DNA from: Minutocellus sp. GHC0000111
Lineage: Eukaryota
Length of the DNA stretch: 64,000 bases
Assembly: GCA_977018835.1 (NCBI GenBank)
Contig: OZ361258.1
Coordinates: 434,001-498,000 of the forward strand
Direction: 5' to 3'
Numbering within the stretch: position 1 is the stretch's first letter; every line of letters starts with the position of its first letter. This document shows positions 23,851 through 36,736 of this stretch, in pieces. The notes beneath the pieces were generated by a model, which was not told where the DNA came from, searched no databases, and was given only the letters and a program-made list of their open reading frames with translations. The translations under genes and the position numbers were made by a program.

Positions 23851-26164
23851 TTACAAGCTGCCATTTTCTCTCAGTATCGCCGGCATCCAAGAGCTAACAT
23901 CATTTGCCGATACACCGAAGTTTGTCTTAGCTTTCTTATTATTTCTTGCAGATTTCTTGTTGCTGCCTGGGCTTCTGCGCTTCTTTCCGGCGTAAACGAC
24001 AACGTCGTCAGCATCGTCGCATTGACATTCAGCCCGAGTGTGGCCAAGCTGCTTGCATTTCTGACACTGCTGGTCAATCTTCTTCTTGCGGCCAGGCTTT
24101 GCTGGTTTCGCCTTACCAGCAGCTAGGGCCCTGTTCTTCTTGTACACATAGTCCTTGTCGTCTTTCTCGCTTCTGTTTCGCAAGGCTGCTCGAAGGCGCT
24201 TGCTGTCGCTCTTGCTCATTTTGTACTCATCGGTGCGCTTACGCGCAAGGTCGCCCTCGAGCTTCCGGTCAATTGCATCGAATCCATCTTTTCGGGTAGG
24301 AGAATCCCTCGATCCCAACTTTCCAAGAACTCGCTCATTGAATTCCGTACCCAGTGACTTGTGGCCAGCGGCTCTACTTGTTGCATTTGGGTAGGCGTCT
24401 GAAGCAGTCAAATTCGGCCTTTTCCCCATCGTGAACTTCGTCACCATCCCGTTGAGCTGTTCGACGCCGGTGGTAGATTCCTTCTTGCAGTTGGAGTCGG
24501 CAGTATTCTTGTTGATTCTCTTGGTTATTTCAAGCGTCATCTTGCGAATCGTGTCGTCACTAATCTCCAATATGTCGCCATCGAATTGATTCCCCGAGCT
24601 CCATTCCTCATCGAGCTTGCCATCACTCCAATCAGGATGAGCAATGCTGAGGCGAATCCAATCACACGTGTTGGTGGTGCAAAAAGTGTGAATGCCACGT
24701 TGGTGACGAACGACGGACTGGAGTTCTTTCTGAAGGAGGGCCAGATGACTTTGTTTTTCCTCCTCGGACACAGCACCATCGGGCTGATCGAGAACGCTGT
24801 GCTTGTACCGATCAGTAATCTTCGAAATGTCCTGTTTCATCCGATTGATGCGTGGTCGGGGGATGGCATTAAAATTTTCAACTCCCAACATTCTCGGCCA
24901 GATGCTCCTCTGCCACACCGGGGGAGTAGGAAGAGTTGCGATAGCAGAAGCCATCATGGTCGTACAGGGCCAGCATCTCATCCTTGCTCATGTTTTTGAG
25001 CTCACTCGGCGTCATTGGATTGCCGGCTTCCCGCCTCTCCCTCAATCTTGCATTGCAGGCTCTCACGCAATAGTGGCAGCTTGCCTGAGAGATTCCCTTG
25101 TCAACAACAAGGCCAGTTTCCTTGTCTACGGCAAATACCGCTGCAGCAGAGCCAGTGTAGCAATGGCCGTAGTCGCGTTTGAGGGCGCTGCCGTCTTGGG
25201 CCACCGTAACCACCGCCGCCGTGTGCATCTCGCCGCCTTGTTCAAACTCAACAGTCTTGCTGCTAGCGGCATATGCTTTTGCCCTGTTCTCGTCAATGAT
25301 TTCATCAGCTGCTTCAATAGCCGCTGCTCTGCATTTCTTTTCCACCTGTCGGGCATTCTTTTCGGTCGGATGGACGATGTCGGCCTTCGTGCAGAAATTC
25401 ATGAAGCGACTTGCGTGCATGGCCTCATCTTCCGCTGCCTCCATCAGCTCCAAGTTCATTCCAGCCTGACTTCTAGAATGCTTTCTGCCGGGGCACACAA
25501 CTTCTGACCTCTGGCCGATCCAAGTGCAAAAAGAAAAAGGTTGGTTGCATCTATCGCATCGCCATTCAAATGTAACGCCGAATCCACGCCGAACTGGCTC
25601 GGCCGAGAGATGCAGATTGCCGCACGATCGGTGGAGATTCTGTACGAAATCACACAGCTGCTTCATCTCAACCACAACTCTTTTGCCGTTGAGCTGCACG
25701 CCGGTGATGTTGGGACGATCGGTAGCGTTGGCGGTGGGAGTAGATGACCGACCGCCCGAAGAATTCTTGTCGGAACAATGTTTCAGTGTCGCGTTGAGAT
25801 GGGGCCCATGCTTTTCATCGTCCTGGAAGCAATTTTCAGGCATGGTCGGCAGTGATCGCTTGCCATTGCGTTGAGAGCGTGGGCTGGCGTTATCGGCTAT
25901 TCTGGAGAAGCGGTAGAAGGGCTTTGCAACGTCAAGGCCTGATGTTTTCTCTGGACGTCGTCGTTGGATGTTGACCTCGTGTCGTGTTGGGACGTGTTGA
26001 AGAGATGATCGAACAAGAGAGATCTCTAAGCTCGGCGATGCGCCACCGCGCATCAAGATACGGACAAGCTCATCAATAGTGTAGTAAGTACATCTGACGT
26101 CGTCTGGGAATGAGAGCAAGAGTGAGAGGATTGCCTCCTTGGCGTTAGCACGTGATGTTTCCAT
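23851..26164 (-). pseudogene. Kolobok-type DDE transposase, frameshifted near 24885 with a probable internal deletion
   Basis: Motifs GFGVTFEWRCDRC, VAQDGSALKRDYGH, SCHYC...HDGFCYRN, then H..C...CDW, VEQLNGMVTK...GKR and a C-terminal CxxCxxxGH knuckle. The expected DGD-type second Asp segment is not visible. Confidence 0.8.
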
Positions 26165-26612
26165 GGTTGTTTTTTTGTTTTGTGTCGGTTCTGGCGCAAG
26201 ATGCGCTTTTCGATGAGAACCTTACAAAAAGAACCCCAAATGAGGGAGACGTGCAAAAATACCCCAAACAAATATCCCCTTACCTCCCAACAGCAAAACT
26301 TCAAGATATCTTCCCACCAGCACCACCAATGCTGGTTATGCGTCGGCCGAGACTAATTTCGGTCGATCCGACGATGATGTGTGCGTCGACTGCCATGTTT
26401 CTGAGGGAGAGTTGATTCATCGAAGTTCCTCTGAACCAAGTGTTCCTGGAGGGATTTCCGACTTAATGCTGAAAGGAACGTCGATGACTCTTCGCCACTG
26501 TGGAGAGCGGCGGCCTTCGATGAGGAGCCCATTGTCACGTTGGAGTGCTAACTTTGGCGATGGTGCGAAGAAAAAACGGCACAAAACACGCATTTTGGGG
26601 GCTTCCTAAAAG

Positions 26613-26629
26613 TTATGGACAGCGCCCTC
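26613..26629 (-). repeat. Right TIR
   Basis: TTATGGACAGCGCCCTC followed by TTAA. Confidence 0.95.
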
Positions 26630-27106
26630 TTAATGATGTATCCATTTTCTTTATGATGTACTAAAGAAAGACGAGGATTTCGGCCAGCCATCCTCAAAGG
26701 GCGAGGAGCGAAAAAGGACTACATACATGTACATGTATAACAATTTTCTACGTAGACGTTTATAGGATCGACATAATCAGAAGATGAGAAGCGAAGAAAG
26801 TAGGAAACGCAAAGCCAGCCGCAAATAATTACTCATAGCGCCGTTCAGGTCCACTTCTAAATCCTCTAAACTGCTCGTAGTAGATCTAACCATATTCTCG
26901 ACTCGAATGACGAGCCGAGAATCCGTCACTATCAGAGCATCTACCAGTCTCAAAATGACTACATACATGTACATACATGTGTAGACAACAGCCCGGACTG
27001 TACGGTACAGTAAGTCCGGTCTAACGGTACACGCTCTAAAGTAGACAAGATTACGATATGATCTTATTATACAACACATTAGAATTAGATCTAGATCTAC
27101 AAACAA

Positions 27107-29737
27107 TCACATTTCCTCCTCTCCAAACCCAAACAAGGATGATCGTCCCGCCGATGATGATCTCGTTTCTTCACCGCCAAGAAGTGCACTCGACTCATTC
27201 AAGTCAGTGTCAGCCTCAAAGTGAATGGAAGGATCGAGCATTTCATCAGCATGGTGGTCATCCCGATGAGGCAAGGGCCAGAGCGGCAACATCCATAAGG
27301 CCCTCGAGGCCATTGAACCAATTCCATCAACATCTTGTTCTTGACGACCAGCATCTGAGTGGATTTGTGAGATGGAATCATAGTTCGAATGAGCCTGTGC
27401 TGTGGCACCGAGCCCCAACTCGTTCAGAGAACTGTCTTCGTCTAACGGCCCTTGATCATCGCCTACATTCGAAACGGCTGATAATGCAGAGCTTCCACTC
27501 CCAGGGCAAGAGCTTCTCCTCTTTCGCCGGCGTCTACTGCTCCCGCCAACATCCATCCTACAGATGGGACAAACGTTCGGATTTCCCTGGCCGCTATGAA
27601 TCCACGTGGTCCAGCACGATTTATCAAACACTTGTCCGCAGCGCAACATTTTAAGTGGTTGGCCATCCGTTCCGCTCAGTGGAATGCCATAGCTATCAAC
27701 TTGACGCATGCCACCACTACTACCTCCCTCCCCGCCGTCTTCGTCACCGGCCTTTGCTACGTCTGCAATGTCGAAATTCTCGAGACAGATGGGGCATGAG
27801 ATTGTGTGGTATTCGCTTTGTAGCTTCCGTGCCTCCTCTCGCTCGTGGTGGCTCAGCTTGCTCCGAGATTCGGCATACTGCCACCGCCGGCGCCTGTCTC
27901 GGTACTCTCCCCAGGCTGCAAAAAGAAACGTAAATGTAGCAAAGGCAATGACTACGCCAAAGCGTGCAACAAAGTCGGCGAACCGTTCGTGGAAGTCGGG
28001 AGGTCCAGCATCGAGCATCGCCGATGCGTCGTTGATGGCTCCCAGAATGGCATCGCCATACGACCCGCGACGGAGTGCCGGTTTCATGGCCGACACTATA
28101 TGTTCCAATCTCCACCAGGGCAGTACTCGGGATACTGCCGATCCTGTAGAAACAAAGCAAACTCGATCGGCGACTGAAATGAAGACAAGGATGCCACTTA
28201 CGGCTGGAGGGTTGGTGAGCCGATTGGCGCTATCAAAGGGAGCACCTCATGTTGTAGTTCGCGAAGAATCCTTCGGTGTGTGTTTATTCGTAGCTGCCTT
28301 GTTGTTCGTCGAAGCATCAGCGATGCCATCGCCCCACCATGCATCATGGAGATATCGAGCAAAGTACTGCGCGGCGTCGTTGATTAAGTCGTCCTCGTCT
28401 TCGTACGAATAGTATATGTCAGTTCTTAAGACGGAGGGCAGGTTCATCTTCATGGCCACGGCAACGCCCATCTCGACGGGACCTTGTGCCATCAGTGTCT
28501 CCGACGTTGGCACCGTATGCTCCCGAACTTGGAGCCAAGAGGGATCAAACTCGAGCTTGCGGCGATGGGCGTCTTGGTGATCGCCTCCAAATGATGGCTC
28601 TTCGTCCCAAGATATCATGGCAAAGTTTGGAAACGAAGTGGGTCGGATCCATCGATGGAGGAAGTGCATCGTTCGAATGATCTTGAGGTTGTGTATCTTT
28701 CGTTTTAATCTATCGGTGGGAGATTGCTGATGCTTTCCTTTCACCGTCTCGTCCCCCGCCATACTAATGCCGATGCTGACCTCCTGCTGCAGTAGATGTC
28801 GCACGTGAGGTCCATCGTCCCCGTAGGCAGTACCTGCACCGATGACAGTATCTCCACCACCATTCCCGCCGCCCATGCCACGGATGGAACCCTCCGTGCC
28901 AACTCCCACCTGCCAATCGGTCTGCTGCTGGAGCTTGGCACACCATGCGTGAGCGCAGTAGCTGTCGCTGAAATTTTTCAAGCTCGAGGCGATGGTCTGG
29001 AGGTAGTAGCTTCCGAGGGCATAATCGGGGTCGCACAAAAGTAGATCCTCCTCAATTGGGCTTCCTTCGCCGTCGTTTCCATCTTGACCTTTGCCACCAT
29101 CACCGCCGTCGTTGGTATCCGTGGCGGTGCTGATCTGCGCTTCGTCGACCCCGGTGCTCGTACTTGCAGATGCATCTCGATCGTCGTCCCCTCCGACCTT
29201 CCCACGCGTGCCGCTATTTTTCTTCAGATCACGAATGTTGCACCGCAGTGCGTCAGTCCGTGGGTTAGGATATCGGGAGGGGATCCATCCAGTCCCTGCC
29301 CTTCCGAGGGTGGTCTGTGCCTCCGAGGCCCCGTCACCGCCTCTGGCTGGGTCTTCATCGCTGTTTTGGTTCTTCTCATTCTTTCTGCTTCGGCTGTTGG
29401 TGCTGTTCTGAATATCGCCGTTTTCTTCGCCAGCCGACCGATTGCGAAAGTACCGATATCGATGCAGCGTTGGGCCACCAAAGGGTACCGGCGCCGCGGC
29501 CGTCCTCGACACGGTTTTGCGATGATGGGACGGCCCTTCGGCAGCGACAATCGCGAAGCACGAAGGCGAGGTGACAGCCAGCAGAACAATTATGGCAAGA
29601 TTTGTTCCTGGCAAGGCAGAGACTAAGTGGGCACTCGGAGGTTCGGACCGGCGCCTCTTGCGATATCTGGATGAGGAAATCATGCCAAAATGTTTTCTCC
29701 AATCATCAATCAATTGTCGAGCAACACCAGAAGGCAC
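27107..29737 (-). pseudogene. TPM/MOLO1-like domain + TM + RING-H2 protein with an in-frame TGA at 28247-28249
   Basis: Motifs YPNPRTD..RC, LCDPD, MGVAV and ARYLHDAW. After the TGA the same frame continues [18 protein letters not shown]...[14 protein letters not shown], then a TM helix and RING CPICLE...CGQVF..C...CPICR. Confidence 0.75.
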
Positions 29738-32700
29738 TCTCGTTTCTCGGGATGTCAGGTGGGGGACACAGGCTGTCGAGGTGCTGCTGCGCTAGCTGGC
29801 CAGGAAGATAAGATATCCAACAAACTGAAGCCTCGCAATCAATGCTCGGTACGCATTGATCGACAGCGACTTGTCGTCAGTCGACTTGCATAAGCATTAC
29901 GGTCCTAGCAGAGAGGCGTCAAGCAAGATACGACACATCATGTGTCGTTTTTTTACGTATGCGCAGCGCTGCATGCGCTGTGGAGAGCGGCATACCCCGA
30001 AACTGGTGATACAGGGGTACTTTTTCTGTTCCGGCCAGTTTGGCGATCGCCCGCCCCAGAATTTCCCACCACAAAAAAGCAACCACAATACATGTAGTCC
30101 TCCAGACGACGCCAGAATGGTATACCATCAGAATGTCCACCTCAGTATCTCTTCTCTATATGTGTACCTCGGCGCATGAAACTTTGTTCTGAACCTCACA
30201 TTCCAGAAACTCGTGTAAATCGACTTTCGGCACATGTTGTCGGCCGACCTCGACCTCCACGACGGCTACAATCGCAAAGATATGTGACGACGACGCCCAG
30301 TAAATGGGAGATTGCCCACATTTGATGACTTGAAAGCTCGCTCTGATGGCAGTTTTGAGCGGTAGTGAGGCAGTATTATTGAGTTCAGATGCACAACAGT
30401 CACGAAACACCGACCTCCTCCAAAAAAAATCAAGAATCAGGTGTCGTCTCAAAACCGGCCCTCAATGTCAATGTGGCTACAGATAGGAACCAAGCCGCTA
30501 CGAGGCGCATAACAACTTTTGATATTTCGCTACCATAGTACTACTGGAGCGATTGATGAGCTTCTTCTACGGTTTGGGTGTTCGGAAGTGGACCTCTTCG
30601 TTGGGCTCTGCGGATCGGCCGGAAATTTTCTCACGTTGGGATTATCGCCAATATCAGATTATGTGCAATGGGTATCGCAATTGGTTAGCAAGGCGCTGAA
30701 TCTCGTTCAAACCTGTCAATGCGTGTACTAAAGAGTGGAAGTACATGTGTTGATCGTCGAGTTTGTGTTGGCACCCCATTGCATTCTCGCACAATGATCA
30801 GTAAACCCACAACTTCCAGATTCTCCTCAACTTTTCCACCGCGATGTCACTTTCTCAATAGGCACGCCCATCTACGCCAAATTGACGATGCCGAGGCTTT
30901 CATTTGGACATCATACATACCCCGAGGTTTGATAGCATTCTTCTGGCAATTGGGCTGACAGTTCGGCAAAACTACGGCCCAGTTGCACATTGGGAGAGTA
31001 AGTTTTATCCTTCTGGTGGGTCAAAATCAACAACATGATGATAGTTTCGGATCATGCACATCCATTCACTACATCAGCACATTAATCCCGCCTAGGTGTG
31101 ATATTAGGTGGCTCATTGATGAAAAGTTTCGCGTGGTTGCTGCGAGGTTTAATGATTTTATGAGTATCTGAATGTTTCGTGGAGGTCAACGCCAGATTTC
31201 GCGGGCTGCTGTTCCCAAATTCCAATATTGATACTGAACGACAAGGAATCACAATTGCTGAATTGGAAGGGTATCAAATGCCGAACTTTTATATACTGGA
31301 GGAAAGTATGTGTTCAAAAAATGTTGTTTGTAAAGGTGTGAGCAGGAACTGAGGCAGTTCGGTAGGGGGAAATTGTTGTTTTTACTTTCTTTGGGGTGCG
31401 TGAGGTGAAATTTCGAGCGATATTGGCAGAGTATGGGCATTTCGTGGGGAGGTTACCACAGTAGATCATTATTGTGGCTTCAACATAGCATAGGAGGGCT
31501 CGTTAATGGAGACTTTTGCAGGAGAAATGCATGTGGTGGTGGTTTGGTGGCTAGACCAAGATTTCTTGTCGGGGTCGACGACTCTCGAGCAGAATTTTCG
31601 GGGAACTTCATGCTACTTCTTCACGACAAAGATCAACAACCAATATAGCTGGAGCATATCAACAGATTTCGATTGATACCGCTGTTCGATTGATAGCCTT
31701 GTGGTGTGTTCATGGTGGCGCTGTGATAAGCTTTGGCGTCACGATGGCCTCAGAAATCGCTCTTTTTTCCTTTCTTGACCTTTCTGGTGTATTTTGTAAT
31801 CGGTTCGAGGACAATTTGGTACCAATGGTCGACTATGCATGCCGTGGATTATCATCGTTGCCTGGTTATCATACAAGAAGTCCTCTTGATGGAAAGTTTC
31901 GTGGGTTTGCCGGAAATCTTGATGGCTTGATGGCGACATGCAGATTCTTCGGGGAGGTTGGCGACCTTCTCTCTCTCCCAATAGATACTAGTGCTGCTGC
32001 CAAACGACGGAAAAGCAAAACAAGTACAACCAGAGGGTATCGAAAGTCTCCAATTAGTATCAGTAGCTTGATTATATACCAGCAGAATGTCTTTGGTTGT
32101 GATGGTGCGAGCAAGGGGTGCCAACGGGCCCGAAATCTGGTGCCTCAGAGCAAGAATCGAGGGCAAATTTTCGAAAATTGGAACTATTACGTGAGATTGC
32201 TGGGTGAACGCCCGTATTGTTTGTCATCGTTGTTCAAATTATGTGTAGGTGGGAGCAGTGATGGAGAGTTTTGTGGAATTTTGGCTAAGACTGGTCCTTT
32301 CAGGGTAGCATTGGTATTTCGTGGAGGTTGGTGATAGGAGTTGAAGTGCTGCCAGCGAGGCCAATGGTGTTGCTCCCAAGCGACGAGGAGTCATAGCCAC
32401 TGCACGGGAAGTGGATCAAACGGCAGTCCTCAGAATACTCGACCAACCTCTATGTCCACGAATGGTCCTTTGTGCTGGTATGGAAAGCTATAGAGACGAA
32501 ATGATACAAAAATCGGACCATTTTATCGCAAATCTCGGCGGTCGTCGACCTCACGAAGGGTCAGGGCTTATAACTCAACAAACAATCACTAACTCAAAAA
32601 CGCTCGCGTAGTGCCGACTCAGGGTATATACCTAGTGGAGTTCTATGGGTAATAGATGTAGTAGAATGGCTTACTTGGCTATTTATAGACATTAGCGTTA

Positions 32701-35002
32701 CAATAACTGAAAGTAAGGCTGGGGCTGGCGGTGACCCCTTTGCAGCTCATTGTGCCACAAAGCGTCATAGGGTACACAAGTATGGATCACCCATGAAAAC
32801 CCACTTCTTACACATATAAATGGTGGAACTAAAGCAAGTAGAACACTCTGGGTTGCGTCGGCATGCCGATCTATCATTATCCTCTACAAGGAAGGTTGAC
32901 CTACTGCAATTTGGCTCGAGGCCCACAAAATTGAAAATACTCAATAGATTGATACCGATTTGTCGCGGAACTCCGGTGAAACTCATCAAATATCGAAAGA
33001 TATACAATACGAGGAGGCAACTGCATGGGAGTGATTTCGAATTTGCGTGCATGGGGCGAACGGCATCAATTCTACGTCTGCGGTTCAAGGCGCCTCTGCT
33101 TCCAGCCCGTTTCATCCAGATATTCCACATTCGCCCAGAAGACATCTTACCGACGCTTTCTTTTTACCAACAGGTAATTTCCAACACCCTAATATATGTA
33201 GCTAGCCGTTTGAACCGACAGATCCATGGAAAATCTCTGAATGTCAACACCATCGGCACCAACAGGTCCAATTGGGGGGCGAAATTCAACCTCCATCAGC
33301 ACAGAATTTTACATGTACTGCACCGACGCTAACTGAAGTAGTTGGTGTTCGTTTCAACGATAGGTGCTTTTTCTACGGTCCTATGTCGATTCAAAGCATA
33401 AAATCAGCGGTTGGGTTTATGAAACTAACAACAATCCACCTCCAGATTCCTGCTGATCCTCCCTTTCCGTCGGTGGATGGCGCCAAGAGGGAGTCAGTGG
33501 AAAGTAGAGAAAAATCGCTCCAATCTTAGTGAATTTTTGTAGTAAACGGGTCAGTGACTCTTCATGGTATTTTAACTACGTAGCAGCCAACCGTTTACTA
33601 CAAAAAACATGTACCAGGTGGCGCCTGCGCTACGACAGGGAGCGGTGGTGCCCATTTTGGCGCCATTTCCTCGTGCAATTAGTATGACGGATTGAGCAGG
33701 CAGCAGCACAAGTGGCCTGATGACTCATTCTGCGTCTGCGACCTGGAGAAAGGGTATGCAGGCAAACGAATGGCATAAATAAATGCTCATGCATGGCCAG
33801 AATTCGAAGTAGCAAGTCAAGCCGGACAGCCCCGGCGAGAGAAAGCAACATGGTGCTGCGACAGCACATAAGGTCCTACAATGAATGGGCGAGGTAGGCG
33901 AATGGCGATGTCCACAGGTCACGCACTTTTAGCTCTCCTCCGACCTCAGAGCGGCTTGTTCTCCAGCTTTGGGTGTGTTTTACATGAGAGTCTAGATCTA
34001 GATGTTGGCTAGATGTGAATCATTTTGCTAATGTGCCTGCTGTAGATCTACGTAGACTCTAGATCTAGATCTAGCTTTTACGCACATCGTTGACTGTTGT
34101 TGACAGGGCAGGATGCACTCTCGACATCAAACTTTTCTCAAAAACGACATCTTTCATGTGTTTCTTGAGAGCGCACTGCGAAAGAAGGGTTGGTTCAACA
34201 TGTGAACGAACAGCGGCAGAGGCCTACTAGCTAGTAGCAATGGTGGCCATTGTTCGTCCTGGTAGTCCTGTAACTGCGGCAAACAGATGTTAGTGTTGCT
34301 AGCCCTGCCTTAGCTGTTAACTCTGCGTCTTGGACAACGAGGTGTCAGCGGAGATGAGTCCAGTGGGGAAGAAGAGGGGGCTGCTGCTGACACTGTGCCC
34401 GGCAGAAGACATGCCGGCAGGGCACCCTCGTAGTTCGCATGTGCTCGTAGACGTTGCACTGCTCAATGGTCGTCCAAAGGGAGGTCGGAGGGCCGGAGAG
34501 CAGAACGCGTTGAGTGAAGAGGGGGGAGAAATGTTGGCGACTGCTTTCGCAGCCCTTGGCGTCCGGCAATGAAGAGGCTCTAAAATTTATTTCCGGTAAT
34601 GACATCAGTTGGCGGACATTTGGTCGCGTTTTTTGTCCCAATGATTTTTTTAATCGAAAGTGATGATGAACTTTTCTCCAACATTTGTTTTTGTTTGGTT
34701 TAGCTTTGCAGGCATCCCAAAAAAATAAATCCTGCCGCAATCCCAGCCTGTTCAGAAAGTCGACATAAATGTGCGGACCTAACCCTCGACAATCACAGAA
34801 TTTCACGAGTAGACACCAGCCCCGCGGTCTTGTGCCCATCGATGTCGCAGCAAAAAATTATCCGGCACCCTCGACGTCCACCTTCACAATTCCACCAACG
34901 TTCCTCGGACAAAGTGAACACTTATCCCAACTCCTCCAGTTGACTCTCAACTGAACACCTTTTCTCTCTTACATTATCCTTCAACTCATCCAAACAACCA
35001 AC

Positions 35003-35902
35003 ATGACCATGATGTCCAACATCTTCGCCACCAGTTCGCTTTCCGCCGAACTCGCCGAGTCTTCGATCGATGACTCTCAACAGGCTCAATCTGCCGCTTC
35101 TCGTCCTCGGCTGCCCACCATGTCCGCCAACCTCGAGTCCCTCATCGCCCGGCGCAAGTGGAATCGTCTTCGTTCTCTGCTCAACTCTGCCGATTTTGAG
35201 GTTTACGCCAAGAACTCGTCTCGCGACATTCTTCACATCCTTTACGCGTCCAACCCCCCTCTCGACATCGTTACCGATCTTCTCGGACTTACTGGTTCCC
35301 GAGTCACCGAGATTGATTCCACGGGACGCACCCCTTTGCACATGGCCACTGCCTCCGGTGCCTCTCTCGACGTCGTTGAGCCTCTCATCAGCATGTATCC
35401 CGCCGCCGCTGGTATCCCCGATAACCGCGGAGAAACTCCTCTGATGCTCGCCAGCGCGCACGGAAAGGGCGCCGACAAGTCCCTCATCAAGGCCCTGATC
35501 CGGGCAAGCCCCCACACTGTCGTCGACGAGGACGACGAAGGATTAAGTGCCCTTGAATACGCCCTGCTCTCCGAGGTTCCTCGTGAGATCTTCCGCATGC
35601 TCCAGAAGTCCTGCGCCAAGGAGCGCAAGCGCCGCGACGAGAAGGCCAAGAAGACCCGCGCCCGCGAGGCCTCCCTCCGCCTCACCGCCGAGGCCCAAAA
35701 GGCCGCCGCCAACATTGCCGCACAGCAGACGACCGATGCCATCACCGAGCTCGCCGCTATCAACATGGCCGCCAAGAACGTCAAGCTCAGCAGCCGCCGG
35801 CAGGTGTTTGCTGCCGACGTGCACAACTCGACCCGCACCCTCAACCGCAGCAACAGCTCGAGCAACGAGAGCATCCGCAGCCTTACCGGACGGGCTGCAT
35901 AA
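35003..35902 (+). CDS. Ankyrin-repeat protein, 299 aa
   Basis: Motifs GRTPLHMA, GETPLMLA and EGLSALEYAL. Confidence 0.85.
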   Translation: MTMMSNIFATSSLSAELAESSIDDSQQAQSAASRPRLPTMSANLESLIARRKWNRLRSLLNSADFEVYAKNSSRDILHILYASNPPLDIVTDLLGLTGSRVTEIDSTGRTPLHMATASGASLDVVEPLISMYPAAAGIPDNRGETPLMLASAHGKGADKSLIKALIRASPHTVVDEDDEGLSALEYALLSEVPREIFRMLQKSCAKERKRRDEKAKKTRAREASLRLTAEAQKAAANIAAQQTTDAITELAAINMAAKNVKLSSRRQVFAADVHNSTRTLNRSNSSSNESIRSLTGRAA

Positions 35903-36085
35903 GTGCGATCGCAATGACCACAGGTACAATAGCTGTAATGTAAACATGTATAATAGAACCGAATTGAATAATAATCCTCGTACCGTATGTACCTTCAGGC
36001 ATATATATAGTCGAGTCCCAAACCAGAATTTTTATGGATTTGTGTCAGAGATAGGCCTACGTCCACAAGGTGGTGAATGATCACC

Positions 36086-36490
36086 AAAATACACAAACTT
36101 ATGGCATGTTTCATCATTTGAGGCACCAATAGATGTCATGCTTGGACTTTATTGACCTCTGGCTCGTCCAGTGCCCAGAATTTCCAATACATTTCATATA
36201 AACTTGAAGCAAAACATTCCAATTGATATCGCGCATGCACAACGAAAGGGGCATGGAAATCCAAATGGCGGCCAACATGCACAGACTTATGGCACGTTTC
36301 AGCATCCGCATCATCCGCAGATGTAATCCCTGAGCTTTATTGGCCTCTGGGTTGCCCACTGCCCAGAGTTACCGATAAATTTAGAAACTTATACCAGCAC
36401 TGAATGCCACTTTTCCTCCAGCCATTTCCTGCCGAATGATGCTCGAACGATTATGTAGGACAAAAGGAGTCCAAAATACACAAATTATGG
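36086..36490. repeat. Degenerate tandem repeat with a period of about 190 bp
   Basis: ACTTATGGCA.GTTTCA.CAT...CTTTATTG.CCTCTGG...TGCCCAGA occurs at about 36097 and 36286; CAAAATACACAAA recurs at about 36085 and 36472. Confidence 0.6.
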
Positions 36491-36736
36491 TCTCTTTCGC
36501 CTCCCTATTACAATCTATTACTTTCTGATTTTGGGTTCACGAGACTTACGATGCCCGTATATCAAGAATTGGGAAAAAATTGGATGTAGAAAGTGATGCT
36601 AGAAAAGTTTTGATATTATTGTCTGCATATATCATATGCCGGTAATCTAGCTAGCCTATTCATTTATCTATGCATTTTGCCACACTCTAATAGAAAGCAT
36701 CTCCCGGCTCTCGTTACATATTACATGCGTTATACT

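Larger units (their letters stand above)
22392..26629. mobile_element. Kolobok-type DNA transposon, 4238 bp, with 17-bp TIRs and a TTAA target-site duplication
   Basis: TTAA(22388-22391)|GAGGGCGCTGTCCATAA ... TTATGGACAGCGCCCTC|TTAA(26630-26633). The termini are RR..YY and the element holds two convergent genes (transposase and KolX-like). Confidence 0.9.

Noticed and set aside
22388..26633. piggyBac assignment because of TTAA
   Set aside because: The termini are GA..TC rather than CC..GG, and the transposase and second ORF match the Kolobok pattern.
28247..28249. Selenocysteine UGA
   Set aside because: It lies in a variable linker rather than at a Cys-equivalent site, and no SECIS was identified.
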